DNA of 64,000 nt from an uncultured bacterium. Its GTDB lineage: Bacteria; UBA8481. This document shows, piece after piece, positions 50,036 to 60,053 of the stretch. The stretch's first letter is position 1; each line of letters starts with the position of its first letter. Location: NCBI GenBank assembly GCA_964499705.1, contig CAZCME010000005.1:62001-126000 (forward strand). Reading direction: 5' to 3'. Both the position numbers and the translations under genes were made by a program. The notes under the pieces were generated by a model. That model was not told the origin of the DNA. It did no database searches and worked only from the letters and a program-made list of their open reading frames with translations.

Positions 50036-53000
50036 TCATTCCCAACCTTCGGTCCGGATCTTCCACCGGCGGATCCATCGGTCGATGTCGTCGCGGCGCG
50101 CCTTGGCGTAGACGGCTCCGCCGATCAAAGCCGCTCCCAAAACAAGAACCACTGCTCCGATCGCGCTCATCCGCGCCGTCCGCTCCATGTGCCACAGCGT
50201 CTTGACTCCCAGCGCGATGAGGTCAATGACAAGCGCGGAAAATCCGAGGACCAGGTAGAGCCGGATCCGGAGCAATCCTCCGAGCCCCATCGCCAGAAGC
50301 GCCAGGAGGATCACGATGAAGTGGAAGAGAACCGGGTAGCGGTCGTCGATGAGCGCGTAGTAGGCGGAGGAACCGAGCATCGCAACGAGCGTGGCGGCGC
50401 GGATCCGGTTGCGCGTCTCCGCGGCCATATCATCGCCGAAGAGCTGCAGAAGGACCAGCACGCCGACTCCGACGGGAATGACGAACGCGTGAGCCACCCT
50501 CAGGCCCAGCTCCGCCCAGAACGTCATCACGACAAAGGCGGTGAACCCCGCGATCGCGACGAAATTGTACGGCGACTTGCGTTCCTTTCTCCCGACGTAC
50601 GCGTGAAAAAGACTGTTCACACCCACGACGAGAATCGTCACGCGCGTTCCCAGGCCATGCAGCATGCTCCAGGAGATCGCGGCCACGGGCATCAGGAGAA
50701 ATGTCCAGAAGATCGGGCGACGCACTTCCGGCGGGCGCAGGTCGAACGCTTCCTTCGCGCCCGCGAGGCATCCGGAGACGGCGAGGCTCGCCCAGATGTC
50801 ATATTCGAGGCGCCAGAACGGAGTGGTCAGCATGAGCTGACGGCGGGTGAGCGCGAAGAGAGCGGCGAGAGCGACCTGAAGCATGATGTAGGGCGTCATC
50901 CGGGGCCTCGCGCGGCCCTGGTGGTGCCAGCCGAGAACCGCGGCGGCATATATGATTCCCGCTGCGGCGAATTCGCGGAATTCGAACGCGCGGAGATAAT
51001 GCGAACATTGAACGAGTAGGACGCCGAAGAAAAGGATCCAGAGCGCGCCGTCATGAATTTCGAGCCCGCGGCGCGCCGCCAGTGCGAGCGCGTGATCGGC
51101 GATCCGGGGACGCGAACGGGGACGCGCGAGATATTCCTCCGCCATGTTCAACCGGATGTAGACGATGAAGGACGCGATCGCCATCGCGGAGACTCCGGCG
51201 GCCAGGATCGGCCAGGTCGGCGACGCTGTCATACCGCGCTGCCCGAAATAGACGAGCCAGACGGGCACGCACCAGGCGAGGAGAGCGATGGCTTCCTCGA
51301 TCGCCGATTCCGCTTCCCGCCGCTCCGCCGGAATGAGCGCGCAGAAAATGCCCAGCATGCTGAAAGCGAGAAGGCCGACAGTCGAGGATGGGCTGTGATG
51401 GAGGACGTGAAAAAAGACGAGCATGGCGAGCGCGAAACTTGAAGTGCGGCATGACGAAATCGTGAGATCGCGCGGTCTCCACTGATGAACAACAATCACC
51501 GCGATCCAGCAGGACTGAAGCACCCAGACGACCCGGTCGGCCGGCAGAAGGCTCGGGACGAGAAAATCCATGTGCAGAGCCGCCACCAGTTCCGACCACC
51601 CCAGGACATGAAAGATCGCGGAGATAGTCGCCTGGGACGATCGGACAAACGCGTGGTGAATGACGAGAGAGGCGAGGCCCAGTCCGATCGGCAGCATCGC
51701 ATGCGGATCCGCTCCGCGCATGCGCCAGGCATTAAGCGCCGCGGTATGGACGGCGATCACGAGAAAGATGCCCCAGCTCCGACGATGCAGGATCCACGAT
51801 TCGTCGCTGAAGCCGCCCAGCCGCTTCAGTCCCGTCGCCAGGGGCGATCGGACGTGCGTCGCCGTCGTGATGAAATGCCCGAGAAGAATCGCCGACCACG
51901 CGCCTGCGACCGGTTCCTCGAACGGAGAGAGCCCGGGGAGATCCGTCACGGCGAAATACACGGACACCATGAGCGAGAGGCCTCCATAAAACGCCAGCCA
52001 GCTCGTCCCGCCCAACGCGTGAAGGCGGAGCATGGCAAGAGAAAGCAGGAAGATGAAGAGTGCGTTGTCATGGTAATGCCCGACGAGAATGGGGGCGTTG
52101 GGGAAGAGAAGCATCTGGAAGAACGTGCGGAAAACATAGAGCCCGAGAATCGCGAAGGAGAGAACGGATGCGGATGTCCGATATTGCACAGCGCTGATCG
52201 GAGCGTCAGAAGCGGCTTCTCTGCCGGACAAGGTCGCCTCGGCCCTCGCGAGAAAAAAGCCGACGGGAACGCCCAGCGCCACGAGCGCCCAGCCCGGGGT
52301 GCGAAGCGCCGGAATCAAGAGCACCGCGCACCAGACCGCAACCGTGATGCCGAGATGGTGGACGGCTTCTCCGTATCGCACGAAATCCTCCTCGCCCGGC
52401 AAAGGCGCTCGCGCCGCGCGGCGATAAGGAAGGCCCGCGAGAAACGCCAGCACGCCGGAGACGATGAGACGAAGCGGCGTCATGATCGACAGGTCAGGCG
52501 CCGCGAGATAATTGGCGGCCAGCACCAGGAGGAGGATGGCGGCGAGCACGAGATTGGCATGAGCCAGCGCGACGCGACTGGACTTATCCTCGTCCGTTTT
52601 CACGCGCGTGATCGCGCGTTGAAGGCCGGCGAGCTGGAGGATCGAGAGACCGAGTCCGATCGCGACGACATGATTCGGCGTCAAGCCCTGGAGGTACAGC
52701 GACGGCGCAACCGTCAGGCGGATGAAGTGGATGTTGCCGGCGGCAAGGGAGGCCACGGCAAGAGCCGTCGCCGTGGAGTTGCGGAGCAGATGCGCGCAGA
52801 GCGCGAAGGAAACGGAGGCGAGATAAGGCGCCGCAAGTTGCACCGGAGCCTGGCGCATCTCCGGCAGGAGCGAATGCCGGACCACGGCGAAGATGCCGAT
52901 CAGGACCGCGGCGCCGGTCAGCCAGGGACATGCGTCCGGCTCGGCTTCACCCGGATCGCGACGACGCGCCAGGAGCGGCGCTCGCGCGCGGATCCGGAGC

Positions 53001-56000
53001 CAGGCCCACGCGGCAAAGGAGCATGCGACCGAGAGCGCGGCCATTCGTCGCGGACTGTGCAGCAGCATCAGGCGGGCGGCCGGGGAATCGAAATACGTGA
53101 AGGCATCGAGGTGCAGGAGGAAGTACGCGTGCAGAATCGCGCCGAGGGAATAGAATCCGGAACCATGCGAACGCGCCGCGGTGAAGAGCAGCGCGATCAG
53201 GAGGATGTGCTGGAGAACGGAGACATCTCCGATGCGAAGCGCGTGACCCATAGCGCTGATCGAGAGGAAGATGGTCAACGCCGTCGCGAGCTTCCGGAAA
53301 GGCTCCAGCACGGCGGTCAGCTTGAGCCGTTCCACCATGCGGCGAGCGGTGAGAAACTCCTCGCCGATCCGGATCATCAGCAGGAACACGAGCACCGGCG
53401 TGAGCGTCGCTTCGTTGGAAATTCTCCGCAGAAGAGCCCGATCGCCGGGCGTCACCGCATCCATCAGGGCGAAGAAGAGCAGGAAGAAGAGGAGAATCCC
53501 ATGACGGGACCGTCCTGTCGCTCTCGACCTCTGGACAAGGAGCATCGAAAGGATCCCGGTCAGAATCGCGGCATCCGGCATGACGGTTCGCTCCAGTATT
53601 TCCAGCAGCAGGACAACCGTGAAGAGGATCGCGGTCAGGTTGAGAACGCGTCGCGACGGCGCGGCAAGTACGCCTTCCATCCAGGGATACGAGGCGGATT
53701 TCACGCGGCAGAACAGGAGCGGCGCCGCCATGAGGCACTGGAAGATGACCGCCGGATCGTGCCACCGCCCCATGGGCATCCGCTCGTGATACTCGAACCA
53801 GACTCCCGCGAAAAGCCAGAGAGCTCCAAAAGTCACGAACCGCGAGGCGCGGGGAGATTCGTGGTGATAGCACGCCGCGAGAATCCAGGTGACTCCGGTC
53901 AGCAGGACGGCGATCGCCGTCTTTTCCGTCATCGATCCGGCCGCGAGATGGCGGAGAAAGACCTGGAAGTCGACTCTCACGAGGAGAAAAACAACGGCGG
54001 CCTGGAGCGGCCAGGTGAAGAGCGTATGGTCGGTTCGCCGCATTGGAAATTCGCCCCGCTCGAAGAAGGGGTCGCTCCGGACCTCGCGGTTCCAGAACGC
54101 AGCATCGCGCGTGAAGAACGAGAGGATCATGAGAGCCAGCGCGGACGAGGAACTGCCGAGCCCCGAGCCCCAGGTGATCCAGGGGAATGTCAGCGTGAGA
54201 CGCGACCGCAGCTCGGGAAACAGGATGACCATGATCGCGACCGCGATGATTCCCGGCAGAAGGGATCGCGAATACCACGCCGCGACGACGAGAATCGCGG
54301 CCATGAAGAACGGCCCGGCATAATCCATCGCTTCGCGATACCACATCGGATCGGGCAGCGCATCGCGCTCGAGAAGGACGCGCATCGCCATCGCCGCGAG
54401 CGCGATCACGCCATAGAAAAGGAGGATCGTCGATCGGGCCGCGCGGAGCGTGGACGCTGCGGACGAAAGCGCGGCCAGCAGGATCGCCCCCGAGAGGACG
54501 GCGAGACCGAAAGGCATCGTGTTCCCCGCCATCGTCTTCTGCATCACGTCGACGCATCCCGCATAGGGAAGCGCCATCGCCAGGACGACGGCGGATGTAT
54601 GGAGCCACCGCACGCGATCTTCCCTGATCCCGGCGCGGCCAAAGAGGGAGGCTATGATGCCGAGCTGCACCATGGTCAGGAAAGGCGCGGATTGATAATG
54701 CCACTGCGCCAGGACGGCGACGACCGCGGTCAGAAGAAGCACCGCGCGGCTCATGCCGCCGGACGCATGCAGCAATTCGCTCTGATTGCCGCTTCGAGCC
54801 CAGTACGCCGTGCCGCCAAGAATTATTCCCGCGGCAAGACCGAGCCACACGCGCTCGCGGGCGGGATATTCCGGAAGCAACCCGATCGAAGCGAACGCGA
54901 GCACCAAGAACGAGAGTGCGATCCAATGATGCAGTCGCGACTTCAGGGCGCGCGCCTGCAGGAGCCATACGATACCCGAGAGAGCGCAGGCGAGGATGCG
55001 GGTTCGCGGTCCCGCGCTTCCCATCAGGGCGCCGAGGAGAATGAACGCGTAACCAAGAAAGGACTCGACGCCTTCCTGAGACGACTCGGATCGAATCGCG
55101 ATCGCCGCCTTCTCCCCGCGAAGCACGAGTCCGCCGGTCAGGACGATGAGCGCCGCATAAGCCGTGGCCGAGGGCGCATGGCGCAGAAGGGCATGAGTCC
55201 AACCGAAGACCTGGAGATACGTGGCGCCCAGCGCAATCAGCGCGAACCACGCGATCCGGGGTTCCGCGGGAATGAGCTTCCGCGTGACTCGATCCGCGAA
55301 TTCCAGCACGCATCCGGCCAGGATCGCGAAGGCGACATAGAAGCCCTGCACCGTGATGATTCCTGCGGATTCGCTCATGCGGGACAAGGGCGCGAGAAGG
55401 ACGAAGAAGTTCAAGGCCAGGAGCGGCCGGCCGATGAGAGCGCCGAGTTCGGCATGAACTTCCCGGCACCATCGTGTCGTCGCTTTTCCGAAGAGAAACA
55501 GGATGACGGCAAGCAGGAGCGGCGCGGCAATAATTGTATGCGTCACTTCCGGATCGGATGAAAGAAGAGCGACGACGATGAAGTTGGCGGGCAATAGAGC
55601 GAGCGCGGCACCGCGGAGCATCGCGCCGGTGCCGACGAACTGCGATCCCCTCTCCTCGATCCATCTCCCCATGCGGCCAAGGAAGCGCGTGAAGATCGCG
55701 AGCATGCCGGGCATGATCGTGTAGCGAAGCATCCAGTGCTTGTCCCAGGTGTAATAGGCGAGAAGAGAACTCCCGAGGAGCACCATCAGGATGCCGGCGA
55801 CGAGATACCAGTTGGCGAGGACGAACGGTTGAATGTGTTCCGACCAGAGCGAGGGTTCCGGCGGCACGGATTCGCACCGAGGCAGTGGAGGTGGCATGGG
55901 CGGCGGCGCGACGACGACCCGATCCACTTCCATCGAAGATGCCGTCGGCGCCTCAACTTCTTCCAGCCTTGCCGCCGGAGTTGCGACTCCCGTCAACATC

Positions 56001-57064
56001 ATCCGCTCCGCATCCGTCATGGTGTCGCCCCATCTCGAAGTGAATGCTTCGAGCGTGGAGGGAACCACGGCGGGAGAGGAACGCAGCAGGAGATCGAGAT
56101 CCAGGTCGGCATCGGCGGCGCGGCCGGCGTTCCACAGGATGAGCATTTCCTCGGGCGTCGGCGCCGCGTCTTCCCAGGCGGCCTCGATACTGATGTGCGA
56201 AGCTTGCCCCGCCGACTCCAGCCAGCTCTTCCAATCCAGACGTGTCGTTTCGAACGTCCCGCCGAAGCGCAGCGCCACGATGCGGGCGGCCCGTTCCTCA
56301 TCACGGGCACCCAGGATCACCTCCCGCATTCCGATCGCGGCACGATCGTCCGGCCAGGCAAAGAGCTGATCGAACGCCGCGCGACGCTCGGGAGTATCCT
56401 CCCCATTCACGGCATCCCCGATCAGGCGGTCGAGTTCGATTTCAGATTCTCGATCCGGCTCGGACTGCTGTTGCACCCGGCCGTTCTCGAACGAATCCAT
56501 CAGAGTCTTCAGAGCGACAGCCAGACTTTCGGAAGATTCTCCGCGCGCTCGGGCCCGATCACGAGCCTGCCCGGCGAGCTGCGCGGGCGTGATTTCATTC
56601 CAGACGGAACCGATCCGCTCGAACTCCCGCTGCGCCAGTTCCACGATCCGATCGATCAGCAAGGCACGCGTATCAGGAAGTTCGACACCGCACCGGTCGA
56701 GGAAAGCGAGGTCACGGAGCGTGCGAACGGCGGATCCGACCGCGGACCGTAAAAGCGTCGCGTCCCGCCATCCCGTCCGGAGTCCGGGCGGCAATCCCAG
56801 ATCGTTCGCCTCCTGCCGTGTCAGCGCCCGGTTTTCCTGCCGAAGTCGTCGGGAAATTTCCTGAATCTTCCGCAGATCATCCGCGCGCAGACGACGCATC
56901 AGTTTTTCGACGCCGGCACCCGGCATTTTCCGCAGCTCGCCGAGAACATCCTCGATCGCCGGAGCGGGCTCGCCCGCAGTCAATTCACGGATCGCATCCA
57001 GCGACTCCGACAACGGGGCTTGACCCGTCGCCATGAGGCGAACGATCTGGAGAAGGCTCTCCAC
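50036..57064 (-). CDS. Giant hypothetical polytopic membrane protein (2342 aa)
   Basis: Uninterrupted 7-kb ORF; about 400-aa soluble N-terminus, a proline-rich linker, then dozens of hydrophobic segments. Confidence 0.85.
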   Translation of the reverse strand: MESLLQIVRLMATGQAPLSESLDAIRELTAGEPAPAIEDVLGELRKMPGAGVEKLMRRLRADDLRKIQEISRRLRQENRALTRQEANDLGLPPGLRTGWRDATLLRSAVGSAVRTLRDLAFLDRCGVELPDTRALLIDRIVELAQREFERIGSVWNEITPAQLAGQARDRARARGESSESLAVALKTLMDSFENGRVQQQSEPDRESEIELDRLIGDAVNGEDTPERRAAFDQLFAWPDDRAAIGMREVILGARDEERAARIVALRFGGTFETTRLDWKSWLESAGQASHISIEAAWEDAAPTPEEMLILWNAGRAADADLDLDLLLRSSPAVVPSTLEAFTSRWGDTMTDAERMMLTGVATPAARLEEVEAPTASSMEVDRVVVAPPPMPPPLPRCESVPPEPSLWSEHIQPFVLANWYLVAGILMVLLGSSLLAYYTWDKHWMLRYTIMPGMLAIFTRFLGRMGRWIEERGSQFVGTGAMLRGAALALLPANFIVVALLSSDPEVTHTIIAAPLLLAVILFLFGKATTRWCREVHAELGALIGRPLLALNFFVLLAPLSRMSESAGIITVQGFYVAFAILAGCVLEFADRVTRKLIPAEPRIAWFALIALGATYLQVFGWTHALLRHAPSATAYAALIVLTGGLVLRGEKAAIAIRSESSQEGVESFLGYAFILLGALMGSAGPRTRILACALSGIVWLLQARALKSRLHHWIALSFLVLAFASIGLLPEYPARERVWLGLAAGIILGGTAYWARSGNQSELLHASGGMSRAVLLLTAVVAVLAQWHYQSAPFLTMVQLGIIASLFGRAGIREDRVRWLHTSAVVLAMALPYAGCVDVMQKTMAGNTMPFGLAVLSGAILLAALSSAASTLRAARSTILLFYGVIALAAMAMRVLLERDALPDPMWYREAMDYAGPFFMAAILVVAAWYSRSLLPGIIAVAIMVILFPELRSRLTLTFPWITWGSGLGSSSSALALMILSFFTRDAAFWNREVRSDPFFERGEFPMRRTDHTLFTWPLQAAVVFLLVRVDFQVFLRHLAAGSMTEKTAIAVLLTGVTWILAACYHHESPRASRFVTFGALWLFAGVWFEYHERMPMGRWHDPAVIFQCLMAAPLLFCRVKSASYPWMEGVLAAPSRRVLNLTAILFTVVLLLEILERTVMPDAAILTGILSMLLVQRSRATGRSRHGILLFFLLFFALMDAVTPGDRALLRRISNEATLTPVLVFLLMIRIGEEFLTARRMVERLKLTAVLEPFRKLATALTIFLSISAMGHALRIGDVSVLQHILLIALLFTAARSHGSGFYSLGAILHAYFLLHLDAFTYFDSPAARLMLLHSPRRMAALSVACSFAAWAWLRIRARAPLLARRRDPGEAEPDACPWLTGAAVLIGIFAVVRHSLLPEMRQAPVQLAAPYLASVSFALCAHLLRNSTATALAVASLAAGNIHFIRLTVAPSLYLQGLTPNHVVAIGLGLSILQLAGLQRAITRVKTDEDKSSRVALAHANLVLAAILLLVLAANYLAAPDLSIMTPLRLIVSGVLAFLAGLPYRRAARAPLPGEEDFVRYGEAVHHLGITVAVWCAVLLIPALRTPGWALVALGVPVGFFLARAEATLSGREAASDAPISAVQYRTSASVLSFAILGLYVFRTFFQMLLFPNAPILVGHYHDNALFIFLLSLAMLRLHALGGTSWLAFYGGLSLMVSVYFAVTDLPGLSPFEEPVAGAWSAILLGHFITTATHVRSPLATGLKRLGGFSDESWILHRRSWGIFLVIAVHTAALNAWRMRGADPHAMLPIGLGLASLVIHHAFVRSSQATISAIFHVLGWSELVAALHMDFLVPSLLPADRVVWVLQSCWIAVIVVHQWRPRDLTISSCRTSSFALAMLVFFHVLHHSPSSTVGLLAFSMLGIFCALIPAERREAESAIEEAIALLAWCVPVWLVYFGQRGMTASPTWPILAAGVSAMAIASFIVYIRLNMAEEYLARPRSRPRIADHALALAARRGLEIHDGALWILFFGVLLVQCSHYLRAFEFREFAAAGIIYAAAVLGWHHQGRARPRMTPYIMLQVALAALFALTRRQLMLTTPFWRLEYDIWASLAVSGCLAGAKEAFDLRPPEVRRPIFWTFLLMPVAAISWSMLHGLGTRVTILVVGVNSLFHAYVGRKERKSPYNFVAIAGFTAFVVMTFWAELGLRVAHAFVIPVGVGVLVLLQLFGDDMAAETRNRIRAATLVAMLGSSAYYALIDDRYPVLFHFIVILLALLAMGLGGLLRIRLYLVLGFSALVIDLIALGVKTLWHMERTARMSAIGAVVLVLGAALIGGAVYAKARRDDIDRWIRRWKIRTEGWE

Positions 57065-57081
57065 GCGGCCAGCCTACAGGT

Positions 57082-57886
57082 GAAATCCTGAATCCGAAAT
57101 CCTAAATCCCAAATTCCAACATCGGCCTCCGCAGGATATTTTTTTTCGGATTCAGCCTATTCAGGCTATGGCCGCATTGATCGAAGTCACATACTCCGCT
57201 ACGCTCCGGACCATGGCCGAATCCCTGGCAGAGCGGCGACTGAATTCCGCCGGTTTCAACAGCACTCTCCAATCCGTTCGCATGATCATCCAGCCGCTCC
57301 TCCTGGCTTCTCCGGCCGTGCTCCTCTGGCATTGCCTCTACATCTGCGGCCTGCATTCGACGGCGGCGGCCGACGAGCCGATCGTCAATGCGATCCTGCC
57401 GGCGCTGGCAAGCATGCATGTCTTCATCGCCGGTTTCATATTTCTCCGGGAAGCGGGCGACATCCGGGAACTCCGCAAGGCGATCCGGACCGGCGACAAG
57501 GAGAAATTCCTGGAGATCGCCGAGGACAAAATCCCCATCCCGCTCCGTTATGTCCTCTTCGTCAGCGCCACCATGATCGAGTGCTGGACCATGAGCCTCA
57601 ACTACGATCTCTACTGGACCGGGTTCTTCTCCGTGTATTCGATCGGATACATGCTGACGCTCATCTGGGAAATCATCGCGGACTTCGACGATCCGATCCA
57701 TGGCATCTGGGTGGTGAAGGGCGTGCCGGAGGATTGGATCCGGGATGCGAACATCAAGCGGCGGCTGTCCGACCGGTTTTACGAATGGCTATTCGCAAAA
57801 ATCCAGCATGCCAGGTAATAACCCGCGCCAATATCTTTTTGGATTTGGGATTTGGGATTTAGGATTTGGGATTTCGTCAGGATTTA
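57082..57886. mobile_element. Inverted heptamer-array-bounded cassette
   Basis: (AAATCCN)n array at 57082-57119 and the complementary (GGATTTG)n array at 57839-57886, both with an AAATCCTGA outer end, bracketing one gene. Confidence 0.6.
57168..57818 (+). CDS. Hypothetical membrane protein (about 4 TM), possibly DUF4239/bestrophin-like
   Basis: Hydrophobic segments; the C-terminal IADFDDPIHGIWVV resembles the D.D.PF.G...V motif. Confidence 0.65.
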   Translation: MAALIEVTYSATLRTMAESLAERRLNSAGFNSTLQSVRMIIQPLLLASPAVLLWHCLYICGLHSTAAADEPIVNAILPALASMHVFIAGFIFLREAGDIRELRKAIRTGDKEKFLEIAEDKIPIPLRYVLFVSATMIECWTMSLNYDLYWTGFFSVYSIGYMLTLIWEIIADFDDPIHGIWVVKGVPEDWIRDANIKRRLSDRFYEWLFAKIQHAR

Positions 57887-57961
57887 ATAGTACCCGCCAA
57901 TTCCGGTTCACAAGGAAACAATTGAGCTTGAGAACAAGATCACAGCCAATGACGGTGGACC

Positions 57962-57989
57962 TTGACATCCGGCGCCGAAATCGTAACGT
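57962..57989 (+). promoter_or_regulatory. Putative sigma70 promoter of the ABC operon
   Basis: TTGACA-N16-TAACGT; AGGAGG SD at 58040-58045. Confidence 0.5.
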
Positions 57990-58052
57990 TTCAGAAATAT
58001 GCGGTCGCCGGGTTCGGCGGCCAGCAGAGGATCGTTTCCAGGAGGAATTCAC

Positions 58053-59903
58053 GTGATGAGATTTGAACGTTCGAGTCGGGGGGGAGCGCAGCTCACCGTT
58101 GCCGGAAAAGTTTTTCTGCTGGTTGTGGGCTTGAGCGTCCTCGGATATGCCGGTTATCAGACAGGCCTCATCGAGAAAGTCATGCCCGCCGCGAAGACGG
58201 AGCAATCCGCCGTGCCGGAACAGGTGACGATGGCATCGGGACAACTGGATTTCGCCCAGCCCGCGCCATCATCCTTCCGCATGGAAGGGCTCCCTTCGTC
58301 CACCCCCGCCAACATTCCCGGCGTCCCCATGATCCGCTCCAAGATCTGGGCCTGGAACGCGCAGATGGGCTGGATCTATGCCAACGGCGGGCCCAGGACG
58401 ACCGAGGGATCGCTGATGGCCAAGCACGGAGTCAACCTATCGCTGGAGCGGGAGGACATGAACGACAAGCTGCAGGCTGATCTCGTGGCCTTCGCCACGG
58501 AACTTGCCGCCGGCAATCCTCAGCCGACCAAGGGCATCCACTTCACGGCGGTCATGGGTGACGGAGCCGCGCAATTCCTGGCGGCCATCAATTCGACGCT
58601 GGAGAAACTCGGCAAGGATTACGTCGCCGAGATCATCGGCAGCGCGGGTTACTCCTTCGGCGAAGACAAGTTCATGGGACCGCCCGCATGGAAGCTCAAT
58701 CCCCGGAAAGCCAAGGGCGGCGTGGTCGTCGGAGTCCTCCGCGACGGCGACTGGAACATCGCGATGCACTGGCTGGCAATGAACGGCATTCCGAATAATC
58801 CCGACGATAAAACCTACGACCCGGATGCCCTGAACTGGATCAACGCCGAGTCCTACACCAAGGCCGCCGAGATGTATGTGAATCGCGACAACCTCTGCGA
58901 AGAGCGTCCCGTCGTGCAAAACGGCAAGCCCGTTCCCGGCAAAACGCAGCGCGTCTGCATCGACGGAGTCGTGACCTGGACGCCGGGCGACGTCACCGCG
59001 GTCAAGAACCGCGGAGGCCTCGTCTCGATCTGGTCCACGAAGGAGAACGTCTTCCAGATGCCGAACGTCATCATCGGCATCCGCAAGTGGAACCGCGACA
59101 ATCGCCCGCTCGTGAACAAGTTTCTCGCGGCGGTCATGGCCGGCGGCGAACAGGTCAAGTACTCGGACGAGGCTCTTCGCAAGGGTTCCGAGATCAGCGC
59201 GGCGCTGTATAACGAGGAGTCGGCGGAATACTGGTACAAGTATTTCAAGGGCATCACCGTCGAGGATCGCGAGGGAAATCTCGTGGAACTGGGCGGATCG
59301 CGCGTCAATAACCTGGCGGACAACCTCGATCTCTTCGGCTTGACGGGCGGGGCCAAGCAGAGCAAGCTCGCGGCCGTATACACCGGATTCGGAGATATCG
59401 TAGTGAAACAGTATCCGCGGCTCGTGCCGAATTATCCTCCGGCATCGGAAGCCATCAACAGCACTTTCCTCGCCGATCTCGCGAAGAACGCCACGGACCT
59501 GACTCCGGCCAGCGTGCCGACGTACACGGCCGGCCCGTTGAAGCAGGTCTTTGGCCGCGCCGACTACACGATCACGTTCGTGACCGGCAGCGCGGAATTC
59601 ACACCGGAAGCGCAGAAGACGCTCCGCGCTCTCTACCAGAGCCTCATTTCGAGCGGCATGAACATCGAGATCCGCGGGCATACGGACAACGTCGGCGATC
59701 CCGATGCCAATCTCATTCTCTCCAAGAGGCGGGCGGATGCGGTCAAGCGATGGCTCCATGAACAATCCGCATCCGACTTCCCCGATGCGCGCACAACCAC
59801 CCAGGCGCTCGGACAGGATCGTCCCGTCGCGGACAACAGCACCGCGGAAGGCCGGGCGAAGAACCGAAGGGTGGAGATCGTCGTGGGCTCGACCAACTCA
59901 TGA
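58053..59903 (+). CDS. Membrane-anchored ABC substrate-binding protein (NMT1/SsuA-like) fused to a C-terminal OmpA-like peptidoglycan-binding domain
   Basis: N-terminal TM, periplasmic-binding-type core (GYSFGEDK, VTWTPGD) and GHTDNVG...LSKRRADAV...NRRVEI. Confidence 0.85.
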   Translation: MMRFERSSRGGAQLTVAGKVFLLVVGLSVLGYAGYQTGLIEKVMPAAKTEQSAVPEQVTMASGQLDFAQPAPSSFRMEGLPSSTPANIPGVPMIRSKIWAWNAQMGWIYANGGPRTTEGSLMAKHGVNLSLEREDMNDKLQADLVAFATELAAGNPQPTKGIHFTAVMGDGAAQFLAAINSTLEKLGKDYVAEIIGSAGYSFGEDKFMGPPAWKLNPRKAKGGVVVGVLRDGDWNIAMHWLAMNGIPNNPDDKTYDPDALNWINAESYTKAAEMYVNRDNLCEERPVVQNGKPVPGKTQRVCIDGVVTWTPGDVTAVKNRGGLVSIWSTKENVFQMPNVIIGIRKWNRDNRPLVNKFLAAVMAGGEQVKYSDEALRKGSEISAALYNEESAEYWYKYFKGITVEDREGNLVELGGSRVNNLADNLDLFGLTGGAKQSKLAAVYTGFGDIVVKQYPRLVPNYPPASEAINSTFLADLAKNATDLTPASVPTYTAGPLKQVFGRADYTITFVTGSAEFTPEAQKTLRALYQSLISSGMNIEIRGHTDNVGDPDANLILSKRRADAVKRWLHEQSASDFPDARTTTQALGQDRPVADNSTAEGRAKNRRVEIVVGSTNS

Positions 59904-60053
59904 GTCGCCGGGATTAAAAGCACAGAGACTCCACCGGAGGGCGGCGAGCACCCGATAGATCCGGGCACGCCACCCGCGCCTGGAGCCTCGGCGACCGCAA
60001 CATCGGCGAAAGAGCAGGCGCGCCCGATCCCGGTTCATCGGCCACAGTCAAGG

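Noticed and set aside
51485-55561. 1358-aa plus-strand ORF and other long antisense ORFs (for example 3230-5098, 21362-23653, 25690-27483, 32249-34495)
   Set aside because: They are shadows of real genes in GC-rich DNA, with Arg/His/Gly-rich composition and no motifs.
57082-57886. Short tandem repeats as a possible CRISPR array
   Set aside because: The units are 7-9 nt with no unique spacers of regular length, and there are no cas genes.
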